Source of the DNA: a virus
Taxonomy: Duplodnaviria; Caudoviricetes
Virus record (IMG/VR): IMGVR_UViG_2872922060_000001
Span: 22,371 to 86,370 of that record
DNA length: 64,000 nt
Reading direction: 5' to 3' (one strand)
Position 1 is the first letter of the stretch. Each line of letters starts with the position of its first letter. Shown here piece by piece: positions 17,857-27,588 of the stretch. The position numbers and the translations under genes are program-made. The notes below the pieces were generated by a model, which was not told the origin of the DNA, did not search any database, and saw nothing but the letters and a program-made list of their open reading frames with translations.

Positions 17857-18659
17857 GCACCCTGACCCCGAAGCAGCGCGGTGACCTCGCCGAGCAGATG
17901 CTTCCCGTCGCCGCAAACCTGGCCGTCCTCGTACACGGTGACGGCGGCCCCGATGACATCGCTGATGTCCTGGCCGGGCTGGACGAGACGCAGAAGAACG
18001 CGCTGATCGTGGTCCTGGCCGGCCTGGTCGACCCGGAGCAGCCGGTCGGGAAGGCGTTGGGCTGGCTGGACTTCAACGAGCACGGCGCGCTCACCGTCCC
18101 CTCATGGTCCGAGGATCGTTCGGTCCGTGAGCTGGCGCCCGAGCCCGCCGAGGGCCTGGCGGACGACTTCGTGGACCAGGTGGCGATGCACCGGTTCGTG
18201 CAGGGCATGCCGGTGGAGGTCACAGACGCGGAGTTCCTGGCCGCGGTCCAGCAGTGCGTGGGGATGGGGATGTCGCTCGCGGACGTCGACCATCTGCGTC
18301 GCTGGCCGCGGAGGACGACGGAGAACCGGGTGAACCGGCTGCGGAAGCAGTACCAGCGCAGCGGCCGCGAGTTCCCGTCACTGGCCCAGCCGGGGACGCG
18401 GACGTTCACGGAGGCGGAGGTGGTGGCTATCCGGGAGCGTTCAGCGGCCGGCGTGTCTGACCGGGAGATCGCCATGTCGTACGGGACGGCGCGGGAGACG
18501 ATCCGGTCGATTGTGCGTGGGCATCGGTACGCCCAGTACGGCGGCCCGATCCGGGCGCCGCGGGCTGAGAAGCCTGCGAAGGCGTCACGCGAGTACATGT
18601 GCGGCCACGCGGACGAGTCGCTGGCTGCTCGGAGTGTCGAGATGAAGGAGGTTGCTTGA
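17853..18659 (+). CDS. HTH-containing hypothetical protein
   Basis: C-terminal FTEAEV..IR..G.S.REIA..YG.....I..I; ATGA overlap. Confidence 0.7.
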   Translation: MSTLTPKQRGDLAEQMLPVAANLAVLVHGDGGPDDIADVLAGLDETQKNALIVVLAGLVDPEQPVGKALGWLDFNEHGALTVPSWSEDRSVRELAPEPAEGLADDFVDQVAMHRFVQGMPVEVTDAEFLAAVQQCVGMGMSLADVDHLRRWPRRTTENRVNRLRKQYQRSGREFPSLAQPGTRTFTEAEVVAIRERSAAGVSDREIAMSYGTARETIRSIVRGHRYAQYGGPIRAPRAEKPAKASREYMCGHADESLAARSVEMKEVA

Positions 18660-19183
18660 TGGCTGGCGAGACGGTGATCACGGTGGTTGGGAACCTTGTG
18701 GACGATCCGGAGTTGCGGTTCACGGCGTCTGGTGCGGCGGTGGCGAAGTTCCGGGTGGCGTCGACGCCGCGGACGTTCAACAAGGCCAGCAACGCGTGGG
18801 AGGACGGCGAGTCGCTGTTCCTGACGTGCTCGGTGTGGCGGCAGGCCGCGGAGAACGTCGCCGAGTCCCTTCAGCGCGGCATGCGGGTCATCGTGCAGGG
18901 CCGGCTGAAGCAGCGGTCGTACGAGGACAAGCAGGGCGTGAAGCGGACGGTGTTCGAGCTGGAGGTCGACGAGATTGGGCCCAGCCTGCGGAACGCGACG
19001 GCGAAGGTGACGAAGGCGGGCGCGAGTGGTGGGGGCCGGGAGGCGTACCAGCAGGCGCGGCAGGCGTCGTCGCGGGAGGGGATGGAGGATCCGTGGACGT
19101 CGGGTACGCCGGCTTCGGGTGGTCAGGGCGCGGGGAGTTGGGGCGCGGGTTCGGGTGGCCATTCGGACGAGCCTCCGTTTTGA
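18659..19183 (+). CDS. ssb: Single-stranded DNA-binding protein
   Basis: [21 protein letters not shown]-terminal DEPPF. Confidence 0.95.
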   Translation: MAGETVITVVGNLVDDPELRFTASGAAVAKFRVASTPRTFNKASNAWEDGESLFLTCSVWRQAAENVAESLQRGMRVIVQGRLKQRSYEDKQGVKRTVFELEVDEIGPSLRNATAKVTKAGASGGGREAYQQARQASSREGMEDPWTSGTPASGGQGAGSWGAGSGGHSDEPPF

Positions 19184-19254
19184 GCTGAGTGGTGCTGCGG
19201 GAGGGGTCTGGTCTTCGGATCGGGCCCCTTTCGCATGCCTGGGGCCAATCCAAT

Positions 19255-19295
19255 CCGCCCTATGCATTGCATTGCCATGCATAGGGCGGTACGGT
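19255..19295 (+). promoter_or_regulatory. Operator/promoter copy 2
   Basis: CCGCCCTATGCAT-N9-ATGCATAGGGCGG; TTGCAT-N17-TACGGT. Confidence 0.75.
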
Positions 19296-19526
19296 GGAGA
19301 CATCCAAGCCCACCCTCCAGCCCACAGAGGCCCCTCATGCCGACCTGCGACTGCGGCGCCACCCCCGAGGAACTGCGCGCCGGTATCCATGGCCAGCCCT
19401 GCACCAGCCGCGACGACGCCCCCGATGACCCCTCCGACCACTACAACCAGTAGCCCGGTCCTCGGCCCGAGGGAACCGCTCTGCCGCGCGTGCCCTAGCG
19501 CGGTCCGCTGCCCCACCCCCGACTGA

Positions 19527-19838
19527 GTGGGGCAGCCCTATCTCCACCACCTGGGCATCACGGAGCCAAGCATGCTGAACGTCCCGATCCCACAAGACCT
19601 GTGCCCCGTGCACCGCCAGCACTTCCGGGACTGGCGCGACAACCACTACAACCCACGCAACCCGACAGAGTGGCCGGGCGGAGGGTTTCTCCTCGACAGC
19701 CGGACCAGCCATGAGGAGCGGGAGCGGGACTGGGACCGGAAGAACCTCCAGCAGATGGAGCTGATAGCTGGAATCTGCCGGTCCGGTCGATCTCCGCAGT
19801 GCGACTCTGCGCCCCCGCTGTTGAAGGACACGGCGTGA
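19527..19838 (+). CDS. Hypothetical protein
   Basis: ORF and codon bias. Confidence 0.55.
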   Translation: MGQPYLHHLGITEPSMLNVPIPQDLCPVHRQHFRDWRDNHYNPRNPTEWPGGGFLLDSRTSHEERERDWDRKNLQQMELIAGICRSGRSPQCDSAPPLLKDTA

Positions 19839-19948
19839 CGCACCACCCCGTGACCACAGGCCGGCCGGACCTTGGCGCCTGGCTGTGTGGCACTGCCGCC
19901 ACCGGCCCCACCCCACCCCCATGCCCGCACACCCACCGAGGAGACCCG

Positions 19949-20248
19949 ATGACCCAGCCCACCATCTACCGCATCGAGTTCGGCAAGGTCGGCGAGACCT
20001 ACCCCGTCCCGTCGATCACGCTCGAGCACACCGACCCGAACCAGTTCGCCCGTGCGGTCGCCGCGCACGCGATCCCGTACCTGACGCCGGTGCTCACCGC
20101 GCTCGGGAGGCCGGAGCTCGCGGACTGCTTCTTCCGCGTCGACCCGAACGACCCGACCTACGGCGACTTCCTGTGGGTCGACCTGATCGGCAACAAGGGC
20201 GCGCAATTCTGCCCCGCCCGGATTACAGCCGTCGCCCCCGCCCCGTGA
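19949..20248 (+). CDS. Hypothetical protein
   Basis: GAGGAG RBS. Confidence 0.65.
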   Translation: MTQPTIYRIEFGKVGETYPVPSITLEHTDPNQFARAVAAHAIPYLTPVLTALGRPELADCFFRVDPNDPTYGDFLWVDLIGNKGAQFCPARITAVAPAP

Positions 20249-20328
20249 CCACGAGCGGCCCGGGGCGTGCCCAGTAACACGCCCCGGGCCTGCCCCGACC
20301 CTACCCAGCCCGCCCCCCTGGAGACCCC

Positions 20329-20697
20329 ATGACCATGCACGTCGAAGCCATCCTCAACATCCCCCTCGACAACGGCCGCACCATGCCCACCCGCATGGGC
20401 ATCGCCGCCGAACCCACCACCACCGATGGCCTCGTCGTTTTCCCGAAGCTGCTCGACCTCTTCGACTACGACGACAGCGTCTGGCACGTCACCCACGCCC
20501 CGACCGGCCGCTACCTGCCCATCGACTTCCCCACCGAAGAGCAGGCCGCCGGTTTCGCCGGCGCTATCGGGGGTCTTGCCGACTGGGCCAGTCTCGCGCC
20601 GGTCGTCGATGTGCCCGCTCTGGTTGCGGTGGCGTCGGAGTATGACGGCGCTGTTCACCAGCGTGTTCTCGACGCTCTCGGCCGCCGTGCCGTCTGA
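20329..20697 (+). CDS. Hypothetical protein (W.VTH.PTG motif)
   Basis: GGAG RBS. Confidence 0.65.
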   Translation: MTMHVEAILNIPLDNGRTMPTRMGIAAEPTTTDGLVVFPKLLDLFDYDDSVWHVTHAPTGRYLPIDFPTEEQAAGFAGAIGGLADWASLAPVVDVPALVAVASEYDGAVHQRVLDALGRRAV

Positions 20698-20743
20698 CCG
20701 CCTACTCGGCTGCCTTGCCTCGGGTAGCCAGGAAAGGACCACG

Positions 20744-21472
20744 ATGACCGACCAGACCACCGCCGACCTCCTCGTGGCTGACGCCCGCCGCGCCGTTCAC
20801 GAATCGCTGGCCTTCCTCGCCGCTCCCGAAGCCGACCGAGTGCGGTCCCTGATCGCCGACCTGGAGACCGCCGTTGAGGCGCGGACTGCGATCCGCTTCA
20901 GCGACCAGCCGGCCCCGCAGCCGCCCGCCGACCTGGCCGCGCTCCGCGACCGCATCGCCGCCGCTCTCGCTGAGGCCGACGGCTGGGTGTGGATCGACGA
21001 CGAGGCCAAGGGACGCAGCTCGATGTGGCGAAGCTTCCAGCACCGTGCCGATGCGGTGTTGGCCGTGCTGCCCGCGACCACCGACCGGGCCACCGTCCTC
21101 CGCGAAGCCGCCGACCGTATCGACCGCGAGGACCTCCCGCAGGACGACGTCGACATGTTCGACAACGGCGCGCGCTGGGCCACCAAGCTTTTGCGCCGCA
21201 TGGCCGACGAGGCGCAGCCCGCCGGGCACCAGCCGCGCCGTGGTGACCAGTTCGAGACGTGGCTGAAGGCGCAGCGGGACGACTACGCCTCGGACCGCGC
21301 CAACGACCACACGATGTACGACGCTCTCGACGACCTGCTGCTCCTGTACCGGCTGCACGCCGACACCGGCACGCCGCTTGGCGAGCACGTCTGCGAGGGC
21401 CGCGTTGCCGGGGACTGCGAGTGCCTGGAGCAGCCCGCCGCCGGGGCGTGGCAGGACGGGGCGGACCGATGA
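20744..21472 (+). CDS. Mosaic phage hypothetical protein
   Basis: AAGGA RBS; short repeated helical modules. Confidence 0.65.
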   Translation: MTDQTTADLLVADARRAVHESLAFLAAPEADRVRSLIADLETAVEARTAIRFSDQPAPQPPADLAALRDRIAAALAEADGWVWIDDEAKGRSSMWRSFQHRADAVLAVLPATTDRATVLREAADRIDREDLPQDDVDMFDNGARWATKLLRRMADEAQPAGHQPRRGDQFETWLKAQRDDYASDRANDHTMYDALDDLLLLYRLHADTGTPLGEHVCEGRVAGDCECLEQPAAGAWQDGADR

Positions 21473-21693
21473 CCGCCACCCAGATCGGCGTCGAGGTGTC
21501 CTGCGACGGACCCGACGAGCAGACCGACTGCCCCGAGAGCGCCGCAGTCCGCGCCAGCTTCGATTCGAGGACCGCCCGCCAGGTCCGTGCCGACGGCCGC
21601 GCCCAGGGCTGGACCACCCGACGCGCGCCCGGCCGGCTCTGGGACATGTGCCCGCGCTGCACCGCCGAGCGGCAGGACGGGGCGCAGCCGTGA
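21469..21693 (+). CDS. Small zinc-binding protein
   Basis: SCDG..C, GW...D.CP.C; overlaps both neighbours. Confidence 0.65.
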   Translation: MTATQIGVEVSCDGPDEQTDCPESAAVRASFDSRTARQVRADGRAQGWTTRRAPGRLWDMCPRCTAERQDGAQP

Positions 21694-22202
21694 CGACCGC
21701 CGCACGACCGGGCCCGACCACCCACACCGGTGGCGGGCCCGCCCCATCCCCCGACTGGGACGACCTGCTCCGCGACATCGGGGACCGTATCCGTGCCGAA
21801 CGCCAAGCACGGCGCTGGTCCCAGGAACAGCTCGCCACCCGCGCCGGTATGGATCGGCACACCGTGCGCAAAATCGAAGACGGCATCGGCAGCCTCCGCG
21901 CCTTCACCCAAGCCTGCTGGGGACTCCAGGTCGACATGGCATACCTGCTGTCCGCCCAGTGGAAGATGCCAGAGCCGCGCCCGCGCCCGTTGACGCCGCG
22001 GCAGGCGGAGGTGCTGCGGGTAGTGGCTGATGGCCGGCCGTTGGCTGTGGCCGCGAAAGCACTGGGGATGACGCCGGAGGGCCTGGCGTCGGTCTTAACG
22101 GGGCTGTATCGGCGTCTCGGGGTGGCGGGGGTACCCCGAGATCGGCGGCGCCGCGAGGCCGTGAGAGTGGCTGCCGCTCACGGCTTGATCGACGCAGCGT
22201 GA
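21690..22202 (+). CDS. XRE-HTH plus LuxR-HTH double regulator (contains a TTA codon)
   Basis: WSQEQLA.RAG.DR.TV.KIE.G; LTPRQAEVL..VADG...A..LG; TTA at 22095. Confidence 0.85.
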   Translation: MTTAARPGPTTHTGGGPAPSPDWDDLLRDIGDRIRAERQARRWSQEQLATRAGMDRHTVRKIEDGIGSLRAFTQACWGLQVDMAYLLSAQWKMPEPRPRPLTPRQAEVLRVVADGRPLAVAAKALGMTPEGLASVLTGLYRRLGVAGVPRDRRRREAVRVAAAHGLIDAA

Positions 22203-22300
22203 CCAAGAGTGCTGTGAAGTGTCTCGGTTTCCGGGGCCGAGACCCGTACCCGCAAAAGTAGAACCGCGCGATTCGTAACCCACCGTGACTGGGAGCGTTG

Positions 22301-22543
22301 ATGTCCCGCATACCCTCACTCCTCACCCAGGCCGTCCTGCTCGTCGGCATAGCCTGCGGCACCGCCTGGGCGTGGCTCGCCCTCACCACCAGCCGTGTCC
22401 TGTCCCCGGGCGCGGTCATCGTGTGCACGTGCATCGCCCTCGCGCTCGCACTGGCCGTAGAGGCCGTAGCGGGGCGTGTACGCCGTGGCCGGCGCCGCCG
22501 CCCCCACGCCCGACCCCACGCCACCGGAAAGGCACTCCGATGA
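22301..22543 (+). CDS. Small two-TM membrane protein
   Basis: Two hydrophobic segments; GGGAG RBS. Confidence 0.55.
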   Translation: MSRIPSLLTQAVLLVGIACGTAWAWLALTTSRVLSPGAVIVCTCIALALALAVEAVAGRVRRGRRRRPHARPHATGKALR

Positions 22544-22839
22544 GCTTCGCGCTCCTCATCAGCAGCAACTTCATCGTCTGGCCCGCTTTGCTGGCCGCGA
22601 TGTTCGGACGCATCACCAGGACACAGTCCAGCGGCATCGTCGCGATCGGCTGCATCCCTTCCATCGTGGCGTTCGTCCTGGATGGGACGACGAGCAGCGC
22701 GTCTGTCTTTGCCGCGCTGGGCGCTATCAACGCCTGGATCTGGTGGCAGGGCGGTGGCGGTGACGGCACGCGACGTCGGCTGAAGTCGTGGGGACGCCGG
22801 TTCCAGGGCGTCCGCCGTACCGCCCCCTCCCACACCTGA
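22540..22839 (+). CDS. Small multi-TM membrane protein
   Basis: Three hydrophobic segments, basic tail, ATGA overlap. Confidence 0.6.
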   Translation: MSFALLISSNFIVWPALLAAMFGRITRTQSSGIVAIGCIPSIVAFVLDGTTSSASVFAALGAINAWIWWQGGGGDGTRRRLKSWGRRFQGVRRTAPSHT

Positions 22840-22867
22840 CCCCCGAACGAGACAGAGAGGACCCCGC

Positions 22868-23311
22868 ATGACCGACCGCCCCGCCCTCGAGGACCTGGAC
22901 GCCACACCTGACGACGGCCCGTGGTGCTGCAACGGCAACATGGAGGACTGCGCCCTGTGCACCGACCCGAACCCGCCATACCCGTGGATCTGCCCCGGGC
23001 ATCCGCGGACCGCGGCGAATGAGCGGATCGTGGGGGAAGCGACCCAATCGACTCAAGTTGAGCAGCACAGCTACGCCGCGGACGCTATTGCTGCGGAGTG
23101 GCACCGCCGGAACCAGCGACTCGAAGAACTGACCCAGAGCAACGGGCCGGAGGTGCAGGTGGTTCTCGTGGAGCACCTGCGTGGCGAGCTGATCGGGCTG
23201 CGTGGGGCGCTGGGGCTGGTACTGGGGGGTCAGGTGCAGGACGGCACCGCGGACTTTTTGGGATGGGCCTACTGCCAGGAGTGGAGCCGCCGGCAGGGGG
23301 TGCAGGCGTGA
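22868..23311 (+). CDS. Hypothetical protein with Cys-rich N-terminus
   Basis: WCC....DC.LC...C.GH; RBS. Confidence 0.6.
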   Translation: MTDRPALEDLDATPDDGPWCCNGNMEDCALCTDPNPPYPWICPGHPRTAANERIVGEATQSTQVEQHSYAADAIAAEWHRRNQRLEELTQSNGPEVQVVLVEHLRGELIGLRGALGLVLGGQVQDGTADFLGWAYCQEWSRRQGVQA

Positions 23312-23958
23312 GCGCGGGCGGGTCGGCGGCGCGTGAGGCTGCACGGCTCCGCGCGAGCGCCCGCAGGGGCCTGTGGCGGCGCCTCCTCGCCTGGCTGGGC
23401 CTCGACCGGCAGACCGCCCACCGGGAGGCTGTAGCGGCCCGCTGGGACCTCGGCGCCGCAGCCGAAGCCAACACCGCGCGGATGCTCGCCCCGCTCGAGA
23501 CGGCCGGCTGGCACGTGCTCCACGACCGGGGCTTACCCGGCTCGAGGGCGAACCTCGACCACGTGCTGATCTCCCCCTGCGGTACCGCGGTGGTCGTCCT
23601 GGACACGAAACGCTGGCACGCCCAACGCCCCACCACTCTGATCCGGGGCCGGGTGTGCTGCGGGGTGGAGGACCGGCACGGGCAGATAGAAGCCGTCGCC
23701 CGGTACGCGGCCCGTGTCGCCCAGGTCCTCGGAATGCCGACCGGGTCGGTGTGGCCACTACTCGTGGTGCACGGGTCCCCGATCTCTGGTGGCCGGCTTG
23801 AGGCGCGGGCGCCCGCGTGGCCGGGCCCGGTGTACGTCCTCGGCCCGGACTGGCTGGTGCCGACGCTCGCCCAGGCGCCGGCCGGACAGAACCCGCAGCG
23901 CGCCGCCCAGCTAGCGGCCCGGGTCGCTGCTGCTCTCCCGCCCTACCCCAGCGTCTGA
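23308..23958 (+). CDS. NERD-domain PD-(D/E)xK nuclease-like protein (contains a TTA codon)
   Basis: GW.VLHD..LPG..ANLDH.LI.P.G..V.LDTK; TTA at 23533. Confidence 0.85.
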   Translation: MSAGGSAAREAARLRASARRGLWRRLLAWLGLDRQTAHREAVAARWDLGAAAEANTARMLAPLETAGWHVLHDRGLPGSRANLDHVLISPCGTAVVVLDTKRWHAQRPTTLIRGRVCCGVEDRHGQIEAVARYAARVAQVLGMPTGSVWPLLVVHGSPISGGRLEARAPAWPGPVYVLGPDWLVPTLAQAPAGQNPQRAAQLAARVAAALPPYPSV

Positions 23959-23984
23959 ACCCGCTTCGAGCCTGGAGGACAACC

Positions 23985-24293
23985 GTGCATCTCAACCCGG
24001 ACAGCGACGACTACCCCACCCCGTTCCGTGAGTGGATCACTGAGCAGGCGCACAAGGCCGGCATGGACGACCCCGCCGGCTTCGCCAGCCACTGGGCGCC
24101 CCACAACCGGTTCGACGGTCTCTCCGACGGTGATGCGGACTCGCTGGCGTGCTTGCTGGGGGTGGGCTTCGAGGAGGTGCGTGCCGCGCACAAGGCGGAC
24201 ATTACTGTGTGGATCCGTGACCGGGAGGTGGCGGAGCATCCTGACCTGGTGGTTTTGGACGCGGTGCTGGACGGGATCGCTCGGGGCGCCTGA
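23985..24293 (+). CDS. Hypothetical protein
   Basis: GGAGG RBS. Confidence 0.6.
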   Translation: MHLNPDSDDYPTPFREWITEQAHKAGMDDPAGFASHWAPHNRFDGLSDGDADSLACLLGVGFEEVRAAHKADITVWIRDREVAEHPDLVVLDAVLDGIARGA

Positions 24294-24313
24294 TCCCGGG
24301 GTGGGTGTGGTGG

Positions 24314-24356
24314 CAGCCCGTCGTCTGGCTGGAGGGCCAGGTGGCGGGCTGTTTTT
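24314..24356 (+). terminator. Intrinsic terminator
   Basis: CAGCCCG...CGGGCTG hairpin followed by TTTTT. Confidence 0.65.
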
Positions 24357-24378
24357 CTGTGCCCGTAATATCGAACGT

Positions 24379-24717
24379 ATGTCCGGTCTGCCGCTTGATG
24401 CACGTCTCGCTAAGCTCCGCGCCTTGGAGGAATGGCTGGACTGGCAGCTGAACAACACGCGGCAGAAGATCCGCACCCTTGAAGCGCAGAGGGACCGGGA
24501 ACAGCAGCAGGCGCAGCGGGCGTGGGCGGAGTCCCGGTGGAAGCTGGAGCCGGCCCGGGACCGGCGGACTGTCCTGCACCGGGGCGGGTGCGGGATCTGG
24601 AAGGGCGGGCACGGCTACCTGGATCGGCAGGAAGTCCTGCTCGCGCTGGAGGACGAGACGCTGGCCGTGGAGATGTGCGGGGTGTGCAACCCGGAGCCGG
24701 GGCTGCGGCAGGCCTAG
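24379..24717 (+). CDS. DUF6233-like zinc-binding protein, probably leaderless, with an SOS-like box at the start
   Basis: Coiled coil, LH.GGC, C.VC.PE; TAATAT then TCGAAC-N4-GTCCGG. Confidence 0.7.
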   Translation: MSGLPLDARLAKLRALEEWLDWQLNNTRQKIRTLEAQRDREQQQAQRAWAESRWKLEPARDRRTVLHRGGCGIWKGGHGYLDRQEVLLALEDETLAVEMCGVCNPEPGLRQA

Positions 24718-25610
24718 GCGCTGCGCCGCGGTTTCCGGGCCGTATTCTTCGCCGCGGCCTTACGCGCGGGTGCCTTCTTCGCGGTCCGCTTCGGCATCTC
24801 GTGGACCTCGGCCCGCCCGTCGTCACCGCGGGCCTCCCGGGCCTTGGCGACGGACGCGTTAAGTGCGGCCATCAGGTCGACGAGCTGGCCGGTCTCCGCG
24901 GCGGGCTCCGGTACGGCCGGCGGTTCGCGGTTCTCACGCTTCGCTTTGATCATCTCGGCTACGGCTTCCGTGTACGTGTCGCGGAAGTCCGGGCCCGTGA
25001 GCTCCTCCACGGTCATGGTGTCCATGAGGGCCAGGGCGCCTTCGATCTCCTCTTCGGACACGTCGACCGGGGGCGGGGTGAGGGACGCCGGGTCGCGGAT
25101 CTCGTCCGGCCAGCGCATGGCGTGGAGGACGATCGCGTCGTCCCGGACGCGCAGCAGGCCGAGCCGTTCGCGGCCGGACCAGGCGTAGCGGGCGACAGCG
25201 ACACGCTCCGACCGGGCGAGGGCCTGCCGGAGCAGCTTGTACGGCTTGGCGGCGACCTGCCCGTCCGGCTGGAGGTAGTAGCCCTCGGCGATGCGGATGG
25301 GGTCGACGGACTCGAGCGGGATGAACGCGACGATCTCGATGGCTTTCGCGGTCGGCAGCGGCAGGTCGCGGAGTTCCTGGTCGGTGACCGGGACGACGAC
25401 ATCGCGGGCGATCTCGTAGCCCTTGCCGATCTCCGATGGGGAGACTTCGCGGTCTTCGAGCTCGCAGATTTTGCGGGTGCGGACGCGGCCCATGTCGGGC
25501 AGGTGGACGCGGTGGAAGTGGATCGAGTGGTCCTCGGTCGCTGAGACGACGTGAATCGGCACGGTGACCAGGCCGAATGAGATGGCGCCGGACCAGATGG
25601 ATCGGGGCAT
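24714..25610 (-). CDS. ku: Ku DNA end-binding protein (NHEJ)
   Basis: RSIWSGAISFGLV.VPI, I.KGYE, YYLQP, F.D.Y, VDLMAAL..S, basic tail. Confidence 0.95.
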   Translation of the reverse strand: MPRSIWSGAISFGLVTVPIHVVSATEDHSIHFHRVHLPDMGRVRTRKICELEDREVSPSEIGKGYEIARDVVVPVTDQELRDLPLPTAKAIEIVAFIPLESVDPIRIAEGYYLQPDGQVAAKPYKLLRQALARSERVAVARYAWSGRERLGLLRVRDDAIVLHAMRWPDEIRDPASLTPPPVDVSEEEIEGALALMDTMTVEELTGPDFRDTYTEAVAEMIKAKRENREPPAVPEPAAETGQLVDLMAALNASVAKAREARGDDGRAEVHEMPKRTAKKAPARKAAAKNTARKPRRSA

Positions 25611-25675
25611 GGCGAACCTCCGCGTGCGGCCCCGAGCACGTCCAGCCTACGAGCGGGCCGGGTAGTGTGCACGTG

Positions 25676-25712
25676 ACGGTGCCCCGCCTGCTTACCTCAG
25701 GCGGGGCACCGT
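25676..25712. terminator. Perfect inverted repeat (terminator-like)
   Basis: ACGGTGCCCCGCCTG-N7-CAGGCGGGGCACCGT. Confidence 0.6.
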
Positions 25713-25859
25713 TCTGTGTCTGATGGCCTCATTTCTCGTCGGCGGCGAAGTGGTCTTCGGGGACGCAGCCACCGCCGGGGTGGAAGGGGCAGTAGTCGTC
25801 GGGGACGTCTACGTGCTCGAAGTCCTCGTACTCGTCGTCGTCGCTCATGGTCGGTGTCC

Positions 25860-26114
25860 TCACTTCTCGGTGGCGTGGTCGGTGGCTTGTGCGGCTCGGA
25901 TCTCGTCGGCGGTGACCGTCTCGAAGTGCCACCACCGTCCGCCCTCCCACTGCTCAACCTTGGCGGACTCGGCGGGGCTGTCGGCGCCCAGGCTGGCGCG
26001 GATGAAGGCGTAGGTCTTCGCCTCGCTGGTGAACGAGGACGTTGTCTCCACCTCAGGACCCGTGACGGTCACGCGCCACGGCTTCGACGGCTTCTTCACG
26101 GACATGGTCGGCAT
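25860..26114 (-). CDS. Small hypothetical protein
   Basis: AAGGAG RBS. Confidence 0.6.
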   Translation of the reverse strand: MPTMSVKKPSKPWRVTVTGPEVETTSSFTSEAKTYAFIRASLGADSPAESAKVEQWEGGRWWHFETVTADEIRAAQATDHATEK

Positions 26115-26165
26115 CCTTTCTCCTTGGGACCCCGTCCGGGTGGTCCGGGCGGGGTGTGGAACGGG

Positions 26166-26999
26166 TCAGGCGTTGCCTTGTGCTGTGAACTTCCCGCTCT
26201 CGCTGCGCGGGGCACCATGGCGTCCCTTTCCCGGACGAGCCGAGTGCGCCGCCTGCACCTGGTCGGCCGCGTACAGGCTCTCGCCGCCGCGCCCCGGCGC
26301 CCGGCCCACCGCGTGCAGTCCCCAGCGGGACAGCTGCTTGCGGGCGCTGCCGGTCGCGGACTCTCCCTCGTAGCCGAGGTGTTCGGCGACCCGGCTGATC
26401 GGCCAACGCTCGTAGTCCCGGGTGGCGTAAGCGTCGAGGTCATCGACGTGCCACAGCGGCATCCGGCCGTTGAGGGCATAGTGGCGCGGCTGCGGTGCGT
26501 TGCCGGCTTTCTGGAGGAGGATCCACGCGTCGTTACTGACGACGATGCCGTGCTCTCCCAGGTAGCGCAGGGACTGGTCCCGGGTCAGGCACCGGTCCTC
26601 GCGCGCCGCGTCTGCTGACGGCACCCGCTCGTCGAGGGGTTCCATGCGGCTGCGCGCGCCGGCGATCGGCCAGGCGTCGTGGGGCATCTGGCGGGCGTTG
26701 TACTCCAGCCACTCCTCCGGCGTCGTCTCGGCGTCTCGCGGGAGTGGCTCCAGGTTGGTCATGAAGCGCAGGTCGGGCTCGGCGCCGATCCGGTCGGCTT
26801 CGGGGCCGGTGCCGTACATGTACTGGTGGTTCGGGCGGTCGCCTTTGGTCCGTCCGGTGTCGCACAGTACGCCGAGCGGCTGCTGCCCGAAGGACATGTG
26901 GATGGCCTCTGCCAGTGCGCGGGCCTTCGGAGTGAGAGTGTCGAGATCGACCTCAGCGGGCGCGGACGCCCTGCGGATCTTGAGCTTGACGGTGGTCAT
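26166..26999 (-). CDS. Protein with two C-terminal AlpA/MerR-like HTH domains
   Basis: AP.P....GR.PLW...D.D; W....VAEHLG......ARKQLSRWG. Confidence 0.65.
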   Translation of the reverse strand: MTTVKLKIRRASAPAEVDLDTLTPKARALAEAIHMSFGQQPLGVLCDTGRTKGDRPNHQYMYGTGPEADRIGAEPDLRFMTNLEPLPRDAETTPEEWLEYNARQMPHDAWPIAGARSRMEPLDERVPSADAAREDRCLTRDQSLRYLGEHGIVVSNDAWILLQKAGNAPQPRHYALNGRMPLWHVDDLDAYATRDYERWPISRVAEHLGYEGESATGSARKQLSRWGLHAVGRAPGRGGESLYAADQVQAAHSARPGKGRHGAPRSESGKFTAQGNA

Positions 27000-27028
27000 C
27001 GGCGCGTCCTTGGGTGAGGGCGGGAGGG

Positions 27029-27562
27029 TCACATGTAGCGGGGGTTGAAGTACTCGTTGTCGCGGGCGTCGGCGGCGGCGTCCAGGGCGTCCTCGCGCTC
27101 CCACATCTCTTCGAGAGCCGCGTAGAAGGCGGGGGCCTCGTCGGCGAGGCGCTGGGTGTTGATGTGGTAGACGGCCTGGTCACCGTCGGTGTAGGCGAGT
27201 CCGAGGGTTTCCAGGGTGCGTCCGTAGTCGCCCCAGGTCTCCTGGGTCAGGCCGAGGTAGATCTTGTCTTGGCGGTAGGGGTCGTTGGTGGGGGTGACGG
27301 GGGTGCCGTTCTTGAAGGCGGCTTCGAGGGCGGTTGCCTCTCCGCGGATTCCGAAGGAGCCGTCCTTCATCTGGACGATGGTGCCGGTGGTGGTCATGGC
27401 CTTGGCCTTCCTGGCGCCGATGGCGATGCGGGCGGCGAGGGAGACGCTGTCGATGACCCACCGGCCGGCCTGCTTGGCGGCGGTGATGACTCCGCGGCGG
27501 CACCAGGTGCGGATGGTGGCGACGGTGACGTTGGCCTGGATGGCGGCTGCGGTGGTGTTCAT
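27029..27562 (-). CDS. N-terminal MerR/excisionase-like HTH protein
   Basis: MNTT.AA.QA.VTV.TIRTWCRRG.I.A.K.AGRW.ID. Confidence 0.75.
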   Translation of the reverse strand: MNTTAAAIQANVTVATIRTWCRRGVITAAKQAGRWVIDSVSLAARIAIGARKAKAMTTTGTIVQMKDGSFGIRGEATALEAAFKNGTPVTPTNDPYRQDKIYLGLTQETWGDYGRTLETLGLAYTDGDQAVYHINTQRLADEAPAFYAALEEMWEREDALDAAADARDNEYFNPRYM

Positions 27563-27588
27563 CGTGGGTTCCCTCCCTGGCGATGACT

